Shown: positions 1-8,588 of the stretch, one piece after another | Layout of the letters: each line of letters starts with the position of its first letter | Numbering within the stretch: position 1 is the first letter of the stretch | Origin: Chlamydiales bacterium | GTDB taxonomy: Bacteria; Chlamydiota; Chlamydiia; Chlamydiales; SM23-39 | Length of the DNA: 32,000 nucleotides | Direction: 5' to 3' | Assembly (NCBI GenBank): GCA_965261025.1 | Contig: OZ253438.1 | Span: 780,001 to 812,000 of the forward strand | Translations under genes and position numbers: made by a program | The notes under the pieces: generated by a model | Seen by the model: only the letters and a program-made list of their open reading frames with translations | What the model was told of the DNA's origin: nothing | Database searches by the model: none

Positions 1-78
1 GTTTGCTCCTATAGAGACCCTACCCCCTGCTTGATTTAGGGGAGTACATACCAGATTAAAAACCCCAGAAAGAGCCAT
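1..78 (-). CDS. 5' end of an unidentified CDS running off the left edge (MALSGVFNLVCTPLNQAGGRVSIGAN...)
   Basis: ATG at 78..76 is preceded by AGGAGG (88..83), 4 nt upstream. The frame stays open for all 26 codons to position 1. Too short to identify. Confidence 0.3.
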   Translation of the reverse strand, partial: MALSGVFNLVCTPLNQAGGRVSIGAN

Positions 79-206
79 AGAACCTCCTAACTACAAAATG
101 TTAAGCAGCGGATTTTCCTCTTTTTCAAAAGTTTTATGCAAGAAAAATAAAAAAATCTAAAACGCGCCCTTAACCGAATCTAGATGCAGTACAATCTCTT
201 GAAGGT

Positions 207-1658
207 TTACACATTATAAGAGCTAGAACTTACCTTTCCTCCTTTTCCCGTCCAATTAGTATGAAAAAACTGTCCTCTTGGTCTATCTACTCTTTCATAA
301 GTGTGAGCTCCAAAAAAATCTCTTTGAGCCTGCAATAAATTAGCAGGGAGTCTTTCTCTTCGGTAGCCATCAAAGAAGGATAAAGCTGCACTAAAACAAG
401 GAAGAGGAACTCCCAAAGAAACTCCTTCTTGAATTACCTTTCTTAAAGAAGGAATGGATCCTTTTATTTGCTCTGTGAAGTACCCATCCAAAAGAAGGTT
501 TTGCAAAGTCTTATTCTTAGTAAATGCTTCCTTGATCTTTCCTAAAAATTTGGAGCGAATGATACATCCTCCCCTCCACATTAGGGCTACAGAACCATAG
601 TTTAAATTCCAGTTCATCTCCTCAGAAGCAGCTTTCATTAACATAAAACCCTGTGCATAGCTTAAAATTTTGGAAGCATATAAAGCCTTTCTCACTTCCT
701 CGATAAAAGCTTTCTTTTCTAAAGAAGGTTTTTTTTCTTCTTGGATAAATACCTTGCAAACCTGACTTCTCTCCTCTTTTAATGAAGAAAGAGTTCTTGC
801 AAAAACTGCTTCCGCTATTAAAGTGACGGGGAGCCCTCTTTCTAAAGCATCCATGACAGTCCACTTTCCCGTTCCTTTTTGTCCTGCTACGTCTAAGATG
901 ATGTCTAAAACGGCTCTTCTTTCTTCCTTCTTCTGAAAAATCTGTGCAGTAATTTCAATCAAATAACTATCTAACTCTGTTTTATTCCACTCAGCAAAAA
1001 TCCCATAAAGTTCTTCATAGGAAACCTGCAAACCATTTTGTAAAAGATCAAAAGCCTCACAGATAAGCTGCATATCCCCATACTCGATTCCATTGTGCAC
1101 CATTTTTACAAAATGACCGGCCCCTCCTTCTCCTACCCAGTCACAACAAGGCTCTCCTTCAGTTTTAGCAGCTATGGCCTGAAGAATAGATTGAACCTCT
1201 TTCCAACCCTCTTTATTTCCTCCTGGCATAATGGAAGGGCCATATCTTGCTCCTTCTTCTCCCCCAGAGATTCCAGCTCCTATAAATAAAATTTTTTTCT
1301 CTTTTAAGGCCTCATATCTTCTTTGTGTGTCAGGAAAATGGCTATTTCCCCCATCAATGAGAATATCTCCTTCTTGTAGAAAAGGGAGAAGATGTTGAAT
1401 AAATTCATCTACAGCAGACCCTGCTTTCACCATAAGCATTACCTTTCTTGGTCTTTTTAAAAGGGAAATAAATTCTTTTATTTCATGGGCTCCCACAATT
1501 TTTTTCCCCTTAGCAGGGCCTTGCAAAAAAGTATCCGTTTTCGAAGTAGTGCGATTAAAAACGGCCACTTTATAACCATGATCCTCCATATTTAAAACCA
1601 AGTTCTGTCCCATTACAGCCAGCCCTATCAACCCAAAATCTGCTTCTTTTTTCTCCAT
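207..1658 (-). CDS. gnd: 6-phosphogluconate dehydrogenase, decarboxylating
   Basis: 483-aa ORF. It has the N-terminal NADP Rossmann motif GLIGLAVMGQNLVLN, IDGGNS, and the C-terminal RDFFGAHTYERVD. AGGAG lies 6 nt upstream of the ATG at 1658. Confidence 0.95.
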   Translation of the reverse strand: MEKKEADFGLIGLAVMGQNLVLNMEDHGYKVAVFNRTTSKTDTFLQGPAKGKKIVGAHEIKEFISLLKRPRKVMLMVKAGSAVDEFIQHLLPFLQEGDILIDGGNSHFPDTQRRYEALKEKKILFIGAGISGGEEGARYGPSIMPGGNKEGWKEVQSILQAIAAKTEGEPCCDWVGEGGAGHFVKMVHNGIEYGDMQLICEAFDLLQNGLQVSYEELYGIFAEWNKTELDSYLIEITAQIFQKKEERRAVLDIILDVAGQKGTGKWTVMDALERGLPVTLIAEAVFARTLSSLKEERSQVCKVFIQEEKKPSLEKKAFIEEVRKALYASKILSYAQGFMLMKAASEEMNWNLNYGSVALMWRGGCIIRSKFLGKIKEAFTKNKTLQNLLLDGYFTEQIKGSIPSLRKVIQEGVSLGVPLPCFSAALSFFDGYRRERLPANLLQAQRDFFGAHTYERVDRPRGQFFHTNWTGKGGKVSSSSYNV

Positions 1659-1723
1659 TAACTTCTCCTAGAACTTGTATTGTTTCTTACTTATCTTGTA
1701 TCCTGGTCGGCCCAGTTTTTCTT

Positions 1724-1796
1724 GTCCCCGTAGCTCAGCGGATAGAGCGACCGCCTCCTAAGCGGTAGGTCACCTGTTCAATTCAGGTCGGGGACG
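1724..1796 (+). tRNA. tRNA-Arg (anticodon CCT)
   Basis: Hand-folded 73-nt cloverleaf. Acceptor GTCCCCG/CGGGGAC, D stem GCTC/GAGC, anticodon stem ACCGC/GCGGT with loop CTCCTAA, T stem ACCTG/CAGGT with loop TTCAATT, discriminator G. CCA is not encoded. Confidence 0.93.
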
Positions 1797-1884
1797 CTTT
1801 TGCTGCTTCCATAAGGTACGTTCTTTCTTTGTATTTAGTCAAGAATGCCAGGTCTTAAGGTTTTCCTCGATAAATCTTAGGAGG

Positions 1885-2571
1885 TTACTTCGACTTGTTC
1901 AAGTACTGATCAATTCCTTGGGCTACTGCCTTAGCAAGCTCGACAAGATACGATTTTTCCCTCAGTTTTTTTCTCTCTTGTGAATTGGAAATAAATCCAC
2001 CTTCTATCAAAATAGCAGGAATTTTTGATTCTCTTATCACGTAAAAATTCCCTATTTTAATACCTCTTGACTTGGCCCGAGTTCTTTCAATAAGCCCTTG
2101 CAAAACTGAAGAAGCTAGCTTTTTAGATTCTTTAGCCCTTACGAGATCTTTCTTGCAATTACAGTAAAAGATTTCAATGCCTTGTGCTATCTCGTTTTTT
2201 GAAGAGTTAAAATGGAGACTAACAAATAAGCTAGCTCTAGAGTGATTAGCAAGCTCTACCCTCCTTGGTAAGGGAACAAAAATATCAGAAGCTCTCGTTA
2301 AAACTACCTTATACCCCATGTGATCTAGATATTTACGAACTAACAAAGCTGTGGTTAAAGCCACCTTTTTCTCTTCTAGATAAGGAAGTTTTGCTTTAGT
2401 CCCTAGATCAAGCCCTCCATGCCCTGGATCTAAAACAATAATGGGCTTATTCTCTGCCTTGGAAAAGGAAATCCCTGAAGAAGGTACTGCAGACCCTTTT
2501 ACACAGGAGCAAGAAGCAAACCAAGGGAAAATCAAGAAAAACCAAAACCGCGCTATTGTACTTTTACACAA
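1885..2571 (-). CDS. amiA: N-acetylmuramoyl-L-alanine amidase (Amidase_3 family), probable lipoprotein or secreted
   Basis: Motifs LDPGHGGLDLG and SLHFNS. The N-terminal signal sequence has a lipobox-like FASC. The ORF opens with TTG at 2571, 11 nt after the murE stop. Confidence 0.85.
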   Translation of the reverse strand: MCKSTIARFWFFLIFPWFASCSCVKGSAVPSSGISFSKAENKPIIVLDPGHGGLDLGTKAKLPYLEEKKVALTTALLVRKYLDHMGYKVVLTRASDIFVPLPRRVELANHSRASLFVSLHFNSSKNEIAQGIEIFYCNCKKDLVRAKESKKLASSVLQGLIERTRAKSRGIKIGNFYVIRESKIPAILIEGGFISNSQERKKLREKSYLVELAKAVAQGIDQYLNKSK

Positions 2572-2582
2572 AACTGCTTTCT

Positions 2583-4049
2583 TTAAGATAAAGCCACCTC
2601 TTTTTCTGCTAAAATTTCTAAAACTACCTGCTTATCATCAAAAGGGATGGTTTGGTTTTGCAGAATCTGCATTTTTTCATGCCCTTTTCCGGCAATCAGC
2701 ACAAGATCCCCTTTTTCTGCTAGAAAAAGGGCTCTTCTTATCGCTTCTTTTCTGTCTAGGATTCTCTCTTTTTTCTCCCTTCTAGAAAACCCTTTTTCTA
2801 TTGCTTCTGCTATTTTTTCAGGAGCTTCTTTACGAGGATTATCATTAGCTACAATGACATAGTCAGAATATTTTTCTGCAATTCCTCCCATTTTTTCCCT
2901 CTTGAAAGGATCTCTGTCCCCCCCACAGCCAAATACGGTAAAAACTCTTTTCACAGAAAGAGAAGAAAGCGTAGATAAAGTTTTTTCTAAAGCCTTTGCT
3001 GTATGAGCAAAATCGATGATAACCATGATGCCTTTTCTTTCTATTCTTTCCATCCTTCCCGGAGGAAAAGCAAGAGTGGGAATCTTCTCTTTTATTTCCG
3101 CTAAAGAAATCCCGCTAAGGTGCGCAGTTGCTATAGCAGCCAAGAGATTATAGACATTAAATTCTCCTAAAAAAGGGGTTTTTATAGGAAAAGTCTTATT
3201 CTTGTATACAAGAGAAAAACAGGTTCCCTCAAAAGAAAACTGTAGATCTTTTGCACAATAATCTGCTCCCTGACAAAGACCGTAGGTATAGATGCGAGCC
3301 TTTGTCTCTTTAGCAATCTCGTGAGAAAAAGGCTCTTCTTGGTTTAAGATGGCTATCCCTTTAGAGGAGAGCTTATGAAAAAGCTTTTTTTTACAGTTTC
3401 CATAGGCTTGCATATCTTTATGGTAATCAAGGTGCTCTTTTTCAAGATTGGTAAATATGGCTTTATCGAAATAGAGTCCTTCTACTCGGTTTTGGTCTAA
3501 AGCGTGAGAAGTTACCTCCATAACAGCTGCCTTACAACCTACTTTCACCATCTGCTCTAAAAATCGTTGGTTAGTCAAAATATCGGATGTAGTAAGGGTA
3601 GAAGGAAACTGATATCCTTTAAAAACGCATTCCACGGTCCCTATGAGACCTACTGACTTTTTCAAGCCCAAAAGGGCTTTCACAAGATAGGAAACGGTAG
3701 TTTTTCCGTTTGTTCCCGTTACACCTATGAGCTCTAACTTTTTAGAAGGATCTTTATAAAAACGAGCTGCTATCAGGGCTTCTAGTTTTTCCACTTCTGA
3801 AGTAATGATCTGTGTTACATCCTCTAAAAAAGGATCGTATTCAGAAGAAACGACTGCAGAAGCGCCGTTTTGAACCGCTTCTTTGATAAATTCGCGTCCG
3901 TGGCTCTGTTTTCCCCTTTTAGCAAAAAAAAGATTTTTAGGGGCAGATTTTCGAGAGTCATTACAAAGCCCAAAGATCCATTTTTCTTTAGAGCCTCTTA
4001 CACGAATCCCTGGAAGATTTTTCAAAAGAGCCTTTAATTTTCGTTCCAT
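2583..4049 (-). CDS. murE: UDP-N-acetylmuramoyl-L-alanyl-D-glutamate--2,6-diaminopimelate ligase
   Basis: Mur ligase P-loop GVTGTNGKTT and the DNPR motif typical of meso-DAP-adding MurE. Its start overlaps the ftsI stop by 16 nt. Confidence 0.93.
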   Translation of the reverse strand: MERKLKALLKNLPGIRVRGSKEKWIFGLCNDSRKSAPKNLFFAKRGKQSHGREFIKEAVQNGASAVVSSEYDPFLEDVTQIITSEVEKLEALIAARFYKDPSKKLELIGVTGTNGKTTVSYLVKALLGLKKSVGLIGTVECVFKGYQFPSTLTTSDILTNQRFLEQMVKVGCKAAVMEVTSHALDQNRVEGLYFDKAIFTNLEKEHLDYHKDMQAYGNCKKKLFHKLSSKGIAILNQEEPFSHEIAKETKARIYTYGLCQGADYCAKDLQFSFEGTCFSLVYKNKTFPIKTPFLGEFNVYNLLAAIATAHLSGISLAEIKEKIPTLAFPPGRMERIERKGIMVIIDFAHTAKALEKTLSTLSSLSVKRVFTVFGCGGDRDPFKREKMGGIAEKYSDYVIVANDNPRKEAPEKIAEAIEKGFSRREKKERILDRKEAIRRALFLAEKGDLVLIAGKGHEKMQILQNQTIPFDDKQVVLEILAEKEVALS

Positions 4050-5992
4050 TCTTGATAAAGCCTCCTACATTCTCTGGCTCGTTCTTTCTGTTCTTTTTTT
4101 TTCTTCTTTTCTGGAGAAACTCCTAAGTAAAGAAGTGATCTTCCTGCAATTTTACGAAAGATAGGTGCAGCAGAAACGCCTCCATGATAGTTCTTACCTG
4201 CCTGAGGAATCCACTTTTTTTTAGGCTCGTCCAGTACAACCGCCAAAACAAACTCGGGATCCTCCTCTGGGGCAAATCCTACAAAACTGGCGATATATTT
4301 TTCCTGGGAATATTGTCCTTTTTCCACTTTTTCAGAGGTCCCTGATTTCCCTAAAACCGTATAAAGCTCTATGTCTGCTCTCGGTGATGTTCCCCCTAAC
4401 TGGGTTGTTAAAAGAAGCCCTTTACACACTTCTTCTACTACTTTTTTATGTAAAACCCTTTCCTTCTCTTGAGAAAAAAGAGGGTTTTCCCAGATGAGCT
4501 CTTTCCCTTTTGCAATTTTTCTTACTAGGGTAGGCCTTATTTTGAACCCACCATTTGCTAAGGTAGCAAAAGCGGCTGCCATCTGCGCTGTATTTACTAA
4601 AAGATTATGTCCAATTGCCATTGAGTAAGGAGTGGGAACAGACCACTCTGGCCTTTTATTAGGATGCAATCTTCCCGGTTTGGGAATTTTTCCTTCCTCT
4701 TCTGAAGGAACTTCTATCTGCGTCTTTTTGCCTAAGCCAAAGATGTGAATAAATGCTTCCCGGTACCACTTCTCTCCTATGTTTTCAAGAATTCTCTGGA
4801 CCACTTTCCCTAGGTAAATATTCCCCGATTTTTGCAAAGCCATATGAAAGTTCATATATTTACGAGGCCTTCCGTCTTTTAAACGAAACCTTGTCTTAGG
4901 AAAAGACCCGTCTAAAGTGGCTATTTTTTCCTCCGGAGTGAAAAGAGGCTCATGAAACTTTTCTTGATAAAAAAAACTCCCCTGTAAACATACTGCTAAA
5001 GTAAGAGGTTTCATAATAGACCCCGGCTCAAATAACTCGCAAACAGCCTTTATTTTGGTATGCTCTAAAAGATCTGGATCATTGTAGTATCTTTTATATT
5101 CTTCTGGATGAAAAAAAGGATACTGGGCGCTGGCTAAAACTTCTCCTGTATGAGGTTGCATCATAAAAACCCACCCCCCTTTTGCTTCTGCGTCTTCTAC
5201 TCCTTTTTTTAGTTCTTCTTCACAAATTGCCTGCAGATAGTGGTTAATCGTTAGGTAAACATCGGCTCCATTTTCGGCAAAGCTAAGAATAGGCCCCATT
5301 TCCAAGGCATGTCTAGAAGAGCGGTATCCTATTCTTTTTCCCAAATGCCCTTGTAAAAAGGGATGAAACTGCATCTCCAGTCCCCCTGTGGGAAAAGCCT
5401 GAAAGGTCTTTCCTTCTTTTTCCTCTTGTACTGTATGCAAAAGTTGTCCTAGAGAAAAACCGAAAGGATACGATCTTTTGTAATCTAACTGAAAATAAAG
5501 AGCCTTTTTTGGTATTTTTTGCTCTTTGCAAAAAACTTCCCACCACTTTAGTACTTTTTTTTTCTCTTCTGCCTCTATCCATTTTATAATCTTTCTAGAT
5601 CTACTCTTCTTATAAAAATTTTCTTTTAGCGTATTCTTTTGCTCTCCCTTTAAAGGAAAAAAAGAGAGGATTTTTTCAAAAATTACCTCCTTTTGCTCTA
5701 GGGGTAAAGAATCGGGATCGATGTAGAGATGAAATCGAGGAACATCCATTACCAGTATCTGTTCTTCAAAAAGACCTTTTTTTTTGGAAAAGGCTCCTGC
5801 ATAAAAAGATCCCCTCATGAAAGGTTCTTGGATAATAAATTGATGCTGTCCTTTGGCTTGTTTAGCCCATTTTTGTCCTTCAATTACTTGGATCTTATAA
5901 AACTGTCCCAATAGAAGAGAAAAGAGAAAAAAAAGAAAGAGCCCTAAGACAAGGAGTCTTTTTTTCTCCTGAAAACGCGCTGAAGAAGACAT
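4034..5992 (-). CDS. ftsI: class B penicillin-binding protein / peptidoglycan transpeptidase (PBP3/FtsI-like)
   Basis: N-terminal membrane anchor (LLVLGLFLFFLFSLLLG). Transpeptidase triad SIMK (SxxK), SGN (SxN) and KSGT (KTG-like). Sits between ftsL and murE. Confidence 0.9.
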   Translation of the reverse strand: MSSSARFQEKKRLLVLGLFLFFLFSLLLGQFYKIQVIEGQKWAKQAKGQHQFIIQEPFMRGSFYAGAFSKKKGLFEEQILVMDVPRFHLYIDPDSLPLEQKEVIFEKILSFFPLKGEQKNTLKENFYKKSRSRKIIKWIEAEEKKKVLKWWEVFCKEQKIPKKALYFQLDYKRSYPFGFSLGQLLHTVQEEKEGKTFQAFPTGGLEMQFHPFLQGHLGKRIGYRSSRHALEMGPILSFAENGADVYLTINHYLQAICEEELKKGVEDAEAKGGWVFMMQPHTGEVLASAQYPFFHPEEYKRYYNDPDLLEHTKIKAVCELFEPGSIMKPLTLAVCLQGSFFYQEKFHEPLFTPEEKIATLDGSFPKTRFRLKDGRPRKYMNFHMALQKSGNIYLGKVVQRILENIGEKWYREAFIHIFGLGKKTQIEVPSEEEGKIPKPGRLHPNKRPEWSVPTPYSMAIGHNLLVNTAQMAAAFATLANGGFKIRPTLVRKIAKGKELIWENPLFSQEKERVLHKKVVEEVCKGLLLTTQLGGTSPRADIELYTVLGKSGTSEKVEKGQYSQEKYIASFVGFAPEEDPEFVLAVVLDEPKKKWIPQAGKNYHGGVSAAPIFRKIAGRSLLYLGVSPEKKKKKEQKERARECRRLYQEWNEN

Positions 5993-5993
5993 C

Positions 5994-6362
5994 TCACTTT
6001 CCTGTTCCTAAAACAGCAGGAAAAGAAGGACTTGGCTTTGCTTTTTCAGACTTTGGAAAAAACTCTTTTCCCTTTATGGTTAAAACCCCTTCTGCATAAG
6101 GGTGCACTAAATGGGAAAACTGAGAAGAGCTGGCAAGTTGCATAAGCCGCATAGGGCTTTCTAATTGATCCACTTCGTATTCATATTCCACAATCTCTTC
6201 TTTTAAATGACGAATGATAGAAGATTTCTTGGGGATTTCCATTCTAAGATAGGTAAGATAGTTCTGTTTTTCTACATAAAGATACAAACAAAGGGTAAAG
6301 ATAATAAGAGAAAAAAAACTCTCGAAAAAAAACCACTTTCTTACCCTTGTCTTTGTATCCAT
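5994..6362 (-). CDS. ftsL: FtsL-like cell division protein
   Basis: 122 aa. It has a single TM helix (FFFESFFSLIIFTLCLYLYV), then a heptad/coiled-coil stretch, then an ESPMRLMQLA segment. It holds the canonical position between rsmH and ftsI. Its stop is 1 nt from the ftsI ATG. Confidence 0.6.
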   Translation of the reverse strand: MDTKTRVRKWFFFESFFSLIIFTLCLYLYVEKQNYLTYLRMEIPKKSSIIRHLKEEIVEYEYEVDQLESPMRLMQLASSSQFSHLVHPYAEGVLTIKGKEFFPKSEKAKPSPSFPAVLGTGK

Positions 6363-7222
6363 CGCAGCTTTGCTGATCTAGCCCTCCGATTTTTTCGAAC
6401 TTCTTTCAAACTGGGTCCTAAAGGCTTTTTCACAGACAACCTAAACCCCTTTTCTTTTGCTAAAGCCTTAAAGGTATTTTTGACAACCCGATCTTCTCCA
6501 CTGTGAAACGAAATAGCAGCTATTTTCCCGTTAGGAGCCAGTCTTGCAGCGGCCAACTCCAACCCCTTTGCCATCTCCTTCAGCTCCTCGTTTACAAAAA
6601 TACGAATCGCTTGAAAAGTCAAAGTAGCAGGATGTAAATGCTTTTTGCCTCGTACTAGGTAAACGCTTTCTATAATTTCCTTTAACTGCCTTGTCGTCTT
6701 AATTCTTTCTTTTTCTCGAAAACGGATAATAGCTTTTGCTATCTTCTTCCAGTTTTTCTCTTCCCCCAGCTCTCGAAAGATTTCTCCCAACTTCTTTTCA
6801 GAAAAGCGATTTACTACCTCCTCTGCAGAAACCCCGGCAGAGTTATCCATCCTCATATCCAAGGGTCCTTCCTTTTGAAAACTAAATCCTCGAAATGGAT
6901 CATCCAGCTGCAAGGAAGAAACCCCAAAATCAAAAAGAACCCCATGGATCTGTTTTACTGCTTCTTGCTGGAAAACCTCTCTCATCTGGGTAAAACTCCC
7001 CTGATAAAGTCGAACTTTTTTCTCCCACTTTTCGAGCCTTTCCTTGGCTTTTCGTAGGGCAGAGATGTCTTTGTCGAACCCAATGTATAAGGATATCTCA
7101 GGATGCGCCTGTAACAACACTTCTGCATGCCCTGCAAGTCCTACTGTAGCATCTACAAAAACCGGTAAATCACAAGAGGAAAACCCCTCTAATACCTCTT
7201 CGACTAAGACAGGAATATGCAT
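6341..7222 (-). CDS. rsmH: 16S rRNA (cytosine1402-N4)-methyltransferase
   Basis: Motifs HIPVLVEEV, DATVGLAGHA (SAM site), DFGVSSLQLD and ISFHSGEDR. Overlaps the ftsL start by 22 nt. Confidence 0.93.
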   Translation of the reverse strand: MHIPVLVEEVLEGFSSCDLPVFVDATVGLAGHAEVLLQAHPEISLYIGFDKDISALRKAKERLEKWEKKVRLYQGSFTQMREVFQQEAVKQIHGVLFDFGVSSLQLDDPFRGFSFQKEGPLDMRMDNSAGVSAEEVVNRFSEKKLGEIFRELGEEKNWKKIAKAIIRFREKERIKTTRQLKEIIESVYLVRGKKHLHPATLTFQAIRIFVNEELKEMAKGLELAAARLAPNGKIAAISFHSGEDRVVKNTFKALAKEKGFRLSVKKPLGPSLKEVRKNRRARSAKLRWIQRQG

Positions 7223-7232
7223 TGCGTCTTTA

Positions 7233-7763
7233 CTAAGAAGGCTCCCTTCCTACTTTACTCAAAATCTCTTCTGTAAGTTTTGTCTTAGTAGCTTCTTCTC
7301 CCTCTGAACAGGTCCCTTCTTCTAAAAGAAGAAAAGCTTCCTGCATCATGGAATGAAATCCCTCTTTTCTCTCTAAATTCTCTTCGTAAGATTCCTTGGC
7401 CCAAATCTCAATCTTGTCTAATACCCCGCAAACTACTAACTCTTTTTGAATACCTACCCTCTGCTTTAAAAAAGAAGGAAGCATAACTCTTCCCAACCGA
7501 TCACAACCTGTCTGATGCATAGTAGAGAAAAACGTAGTAAAAAAGGGTTGTAACCTACCTACATGCTGCTTTTGCTGTAATTTTTTCACTATTTTCTCAA
7601 TATCGGACCTTTTATAGATGTTTAAAGATTTACCAAACCCGAGACAAACGACAAACTCTAACTTTCCTTCTTCAACAAGACCTAAACGGAAAGATTGAGG
7701 CAAAACAAAACGCCCCTTTTCGTCTAGCTTCAAGGAATAACTCCCGCTGAAGAAAAAACTCAT
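7233..7763 (-). CDS. mraZ: transcriptional regulator MraZ
   Basis: Two SpoVT/AbrB-like halves, LDEKGRFVLP and CDRLGRVMLP. I prefer the ATG at 7763 (MSFFFSGSYSLKLDEKGRF) over the track's 7793. It has an AAGGGAAG RBS-like element just upstream and gives the canonical MraZ N-terminus. Confidence 0.88.
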   Translation of the reverse strand: MSFFFSGSYSLKLDEKGRFVLPQSFRLGLVEEGKLEFVVCLGFGKSLNIYKRSDIEKIVKKLQQKQHVGRLQPFFTTFFSTMHQTGCDRLGRVMLPSFLKQRVGIQKELVVCGVLDKIEIWAKESYEENLERKEGFHSMMQEAFLLLEEGTCSEGEEATKTKLTEEILSKVGREPS

Positions 7764-7767
7764 GAAA

Positions 7768-7792
7768 CTTCCCTTTTCCCCATTTTTCCACA
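7768..7792 (-). promoter_or_regulatory. candidate MraZ operator: three G-rich cores phased about 10 nt apart (TGTGGAAAAA / TGGGGAAAAG / GGAAG)
   Basis: Read directly on the mraZ coding strand, immediately upstream of the preferred ATG at 7763. It resembles the phased TGGG/GTGG direct repeats known as MraZ boxes. Confidence 0.4.
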
Positions 7793-7907
7793 TGTTAGCA
7801 ATCTATCTTAAAAACTGGCAAATCTTTTACAAAAAAAAAGAATTTTAGCCTGAAGCTTTTCTCTTTAAGTTATTCATAATAAGAAATTTTCCTTGTTTTT
7901 CTTCTTT

Positions 7908-7927
7908 TGTGGAAAATTGTGGAAAAT
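7908..7927 (+). repeat. perfect tandem duplication of TGTGGAAAAT (each copy is DnaA-box-like / MraZ-box-like)
   Basis: The sequence ...tttTGTGGAAAATTGTGGAAAATctg... lies in the mraZ / 8093-ORF divergent spacer. TGTGGAAAA is the reverse complement of TTTTCCACA, which fits TTWTNCACA. Confidence 0.8.
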
Positions 7928-7998
7928 CTGTTCATAAAAACCTTCTAAACTTCCAAAAAACCTCCTATAAAAAGAAAAAAACTGTTTTTAATATATTT

Positions 7999-8063
7999 GT
8001 TATCAACTAGTTAAGCATTGCTTTAGGGAAAACCTATTCGACAGGTATCTGCTTGTTGATAAC
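7999..8063. repeat. 9-bp inverted repeat GTTATCAAC (7999..8007) / GTTGATAAC (8055..8063) with a 47-nt spacer
   Basis: Exact reverse complements seen in the sequence. The right arm read on the minus strand gives TTATCAACA (8062..8054), one mismatch from TTATCCACA. The repeat lies 20-30 nt upstream of the 8084/8093 start. Confidence 0.6.
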
Positions 8064-8092
8064 TTAGCAAGAAAAACAGATTTGTGAAAAAA

Positions 8093-8587
8093 ATGAGCAC
8101 TGCTACAATTCAGAGAAAGGACTACTCAGGTGAGCCCATGGCAGATATTGTTCCCTCTATGCAAAAAGACATCCAATCTTCTACACAATATGCAGAGAAC
8201 GAGCGTCTTTTAGATCCTCTTTTAAAAAGAGAGGAAGACTTAAGCCTTTCTACCCATGCGAAAACGCTTACTTTTTCTACCGTTTTCGACATTGCCAAAG
8301 AGCTTCACTTTTCTCATTATTTCTCCTTTTCTCTTCCAAAAACCTTAGCCTTTTTTTTTGCTCCTCAGGACTTTGCTTCTCATACCTCCTCTATTTTCAG
8401 CTATCAAATAGTTCCTGCCTTTGGCCCTATAGAAGTTTTGGAAGAGAAAAAGAAAAGATTAAGTAAGAAAGGAAATAGATCTACCCAGGAAAAAAAGATT
8501 TTAGAAAAAATGCTACACTGTCTAATAGACCTAGAGGGAGATTTTTCCCTATTCATGGGGCTTAGAGACCATTTTCAAAAAGGATAA
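8093..8587 (+). CDS. hypothetical protein, translationally coupled to the downstream TPR chaperone-like gene
   Basis: Open frame of about 165 aa. The start is either ATG 8093 (preferred) or GTG 8084. The TAA stop at 8585..8587 is followed 1 nt later by the next ATG. I recognise no family. Confidence 0.55.
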   Translation: MSTATIQRKDYSGEPMADIVPSMQKDIQSSTQYAENERLLDPLLKREEDLSLSTHAKTLTFSTVFDIAKELHFSHYFSFSLPKTLAFFFAPQDFASHTSSIFSYQIVPAFGPIEVLEEKKKRLSKKGNRSTQEKKILEKMLHCLIDLEGDFSLFMGLRDHFQKG

Positions 8588-8588
8588 A

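Noticed and set aside
7816-7830. Sigma54-like element TGGCAA-N5-TTAC in the mraZ / 8093 spacer.
   Set aside because: The -12 element lacks the conserved GC (TTAC versus TTGC). It lies about 250 nt from the nearest plus-strand start. The same bases are better explained as the -35 (TTGCCA) of a minus-strand mraZ promoter.
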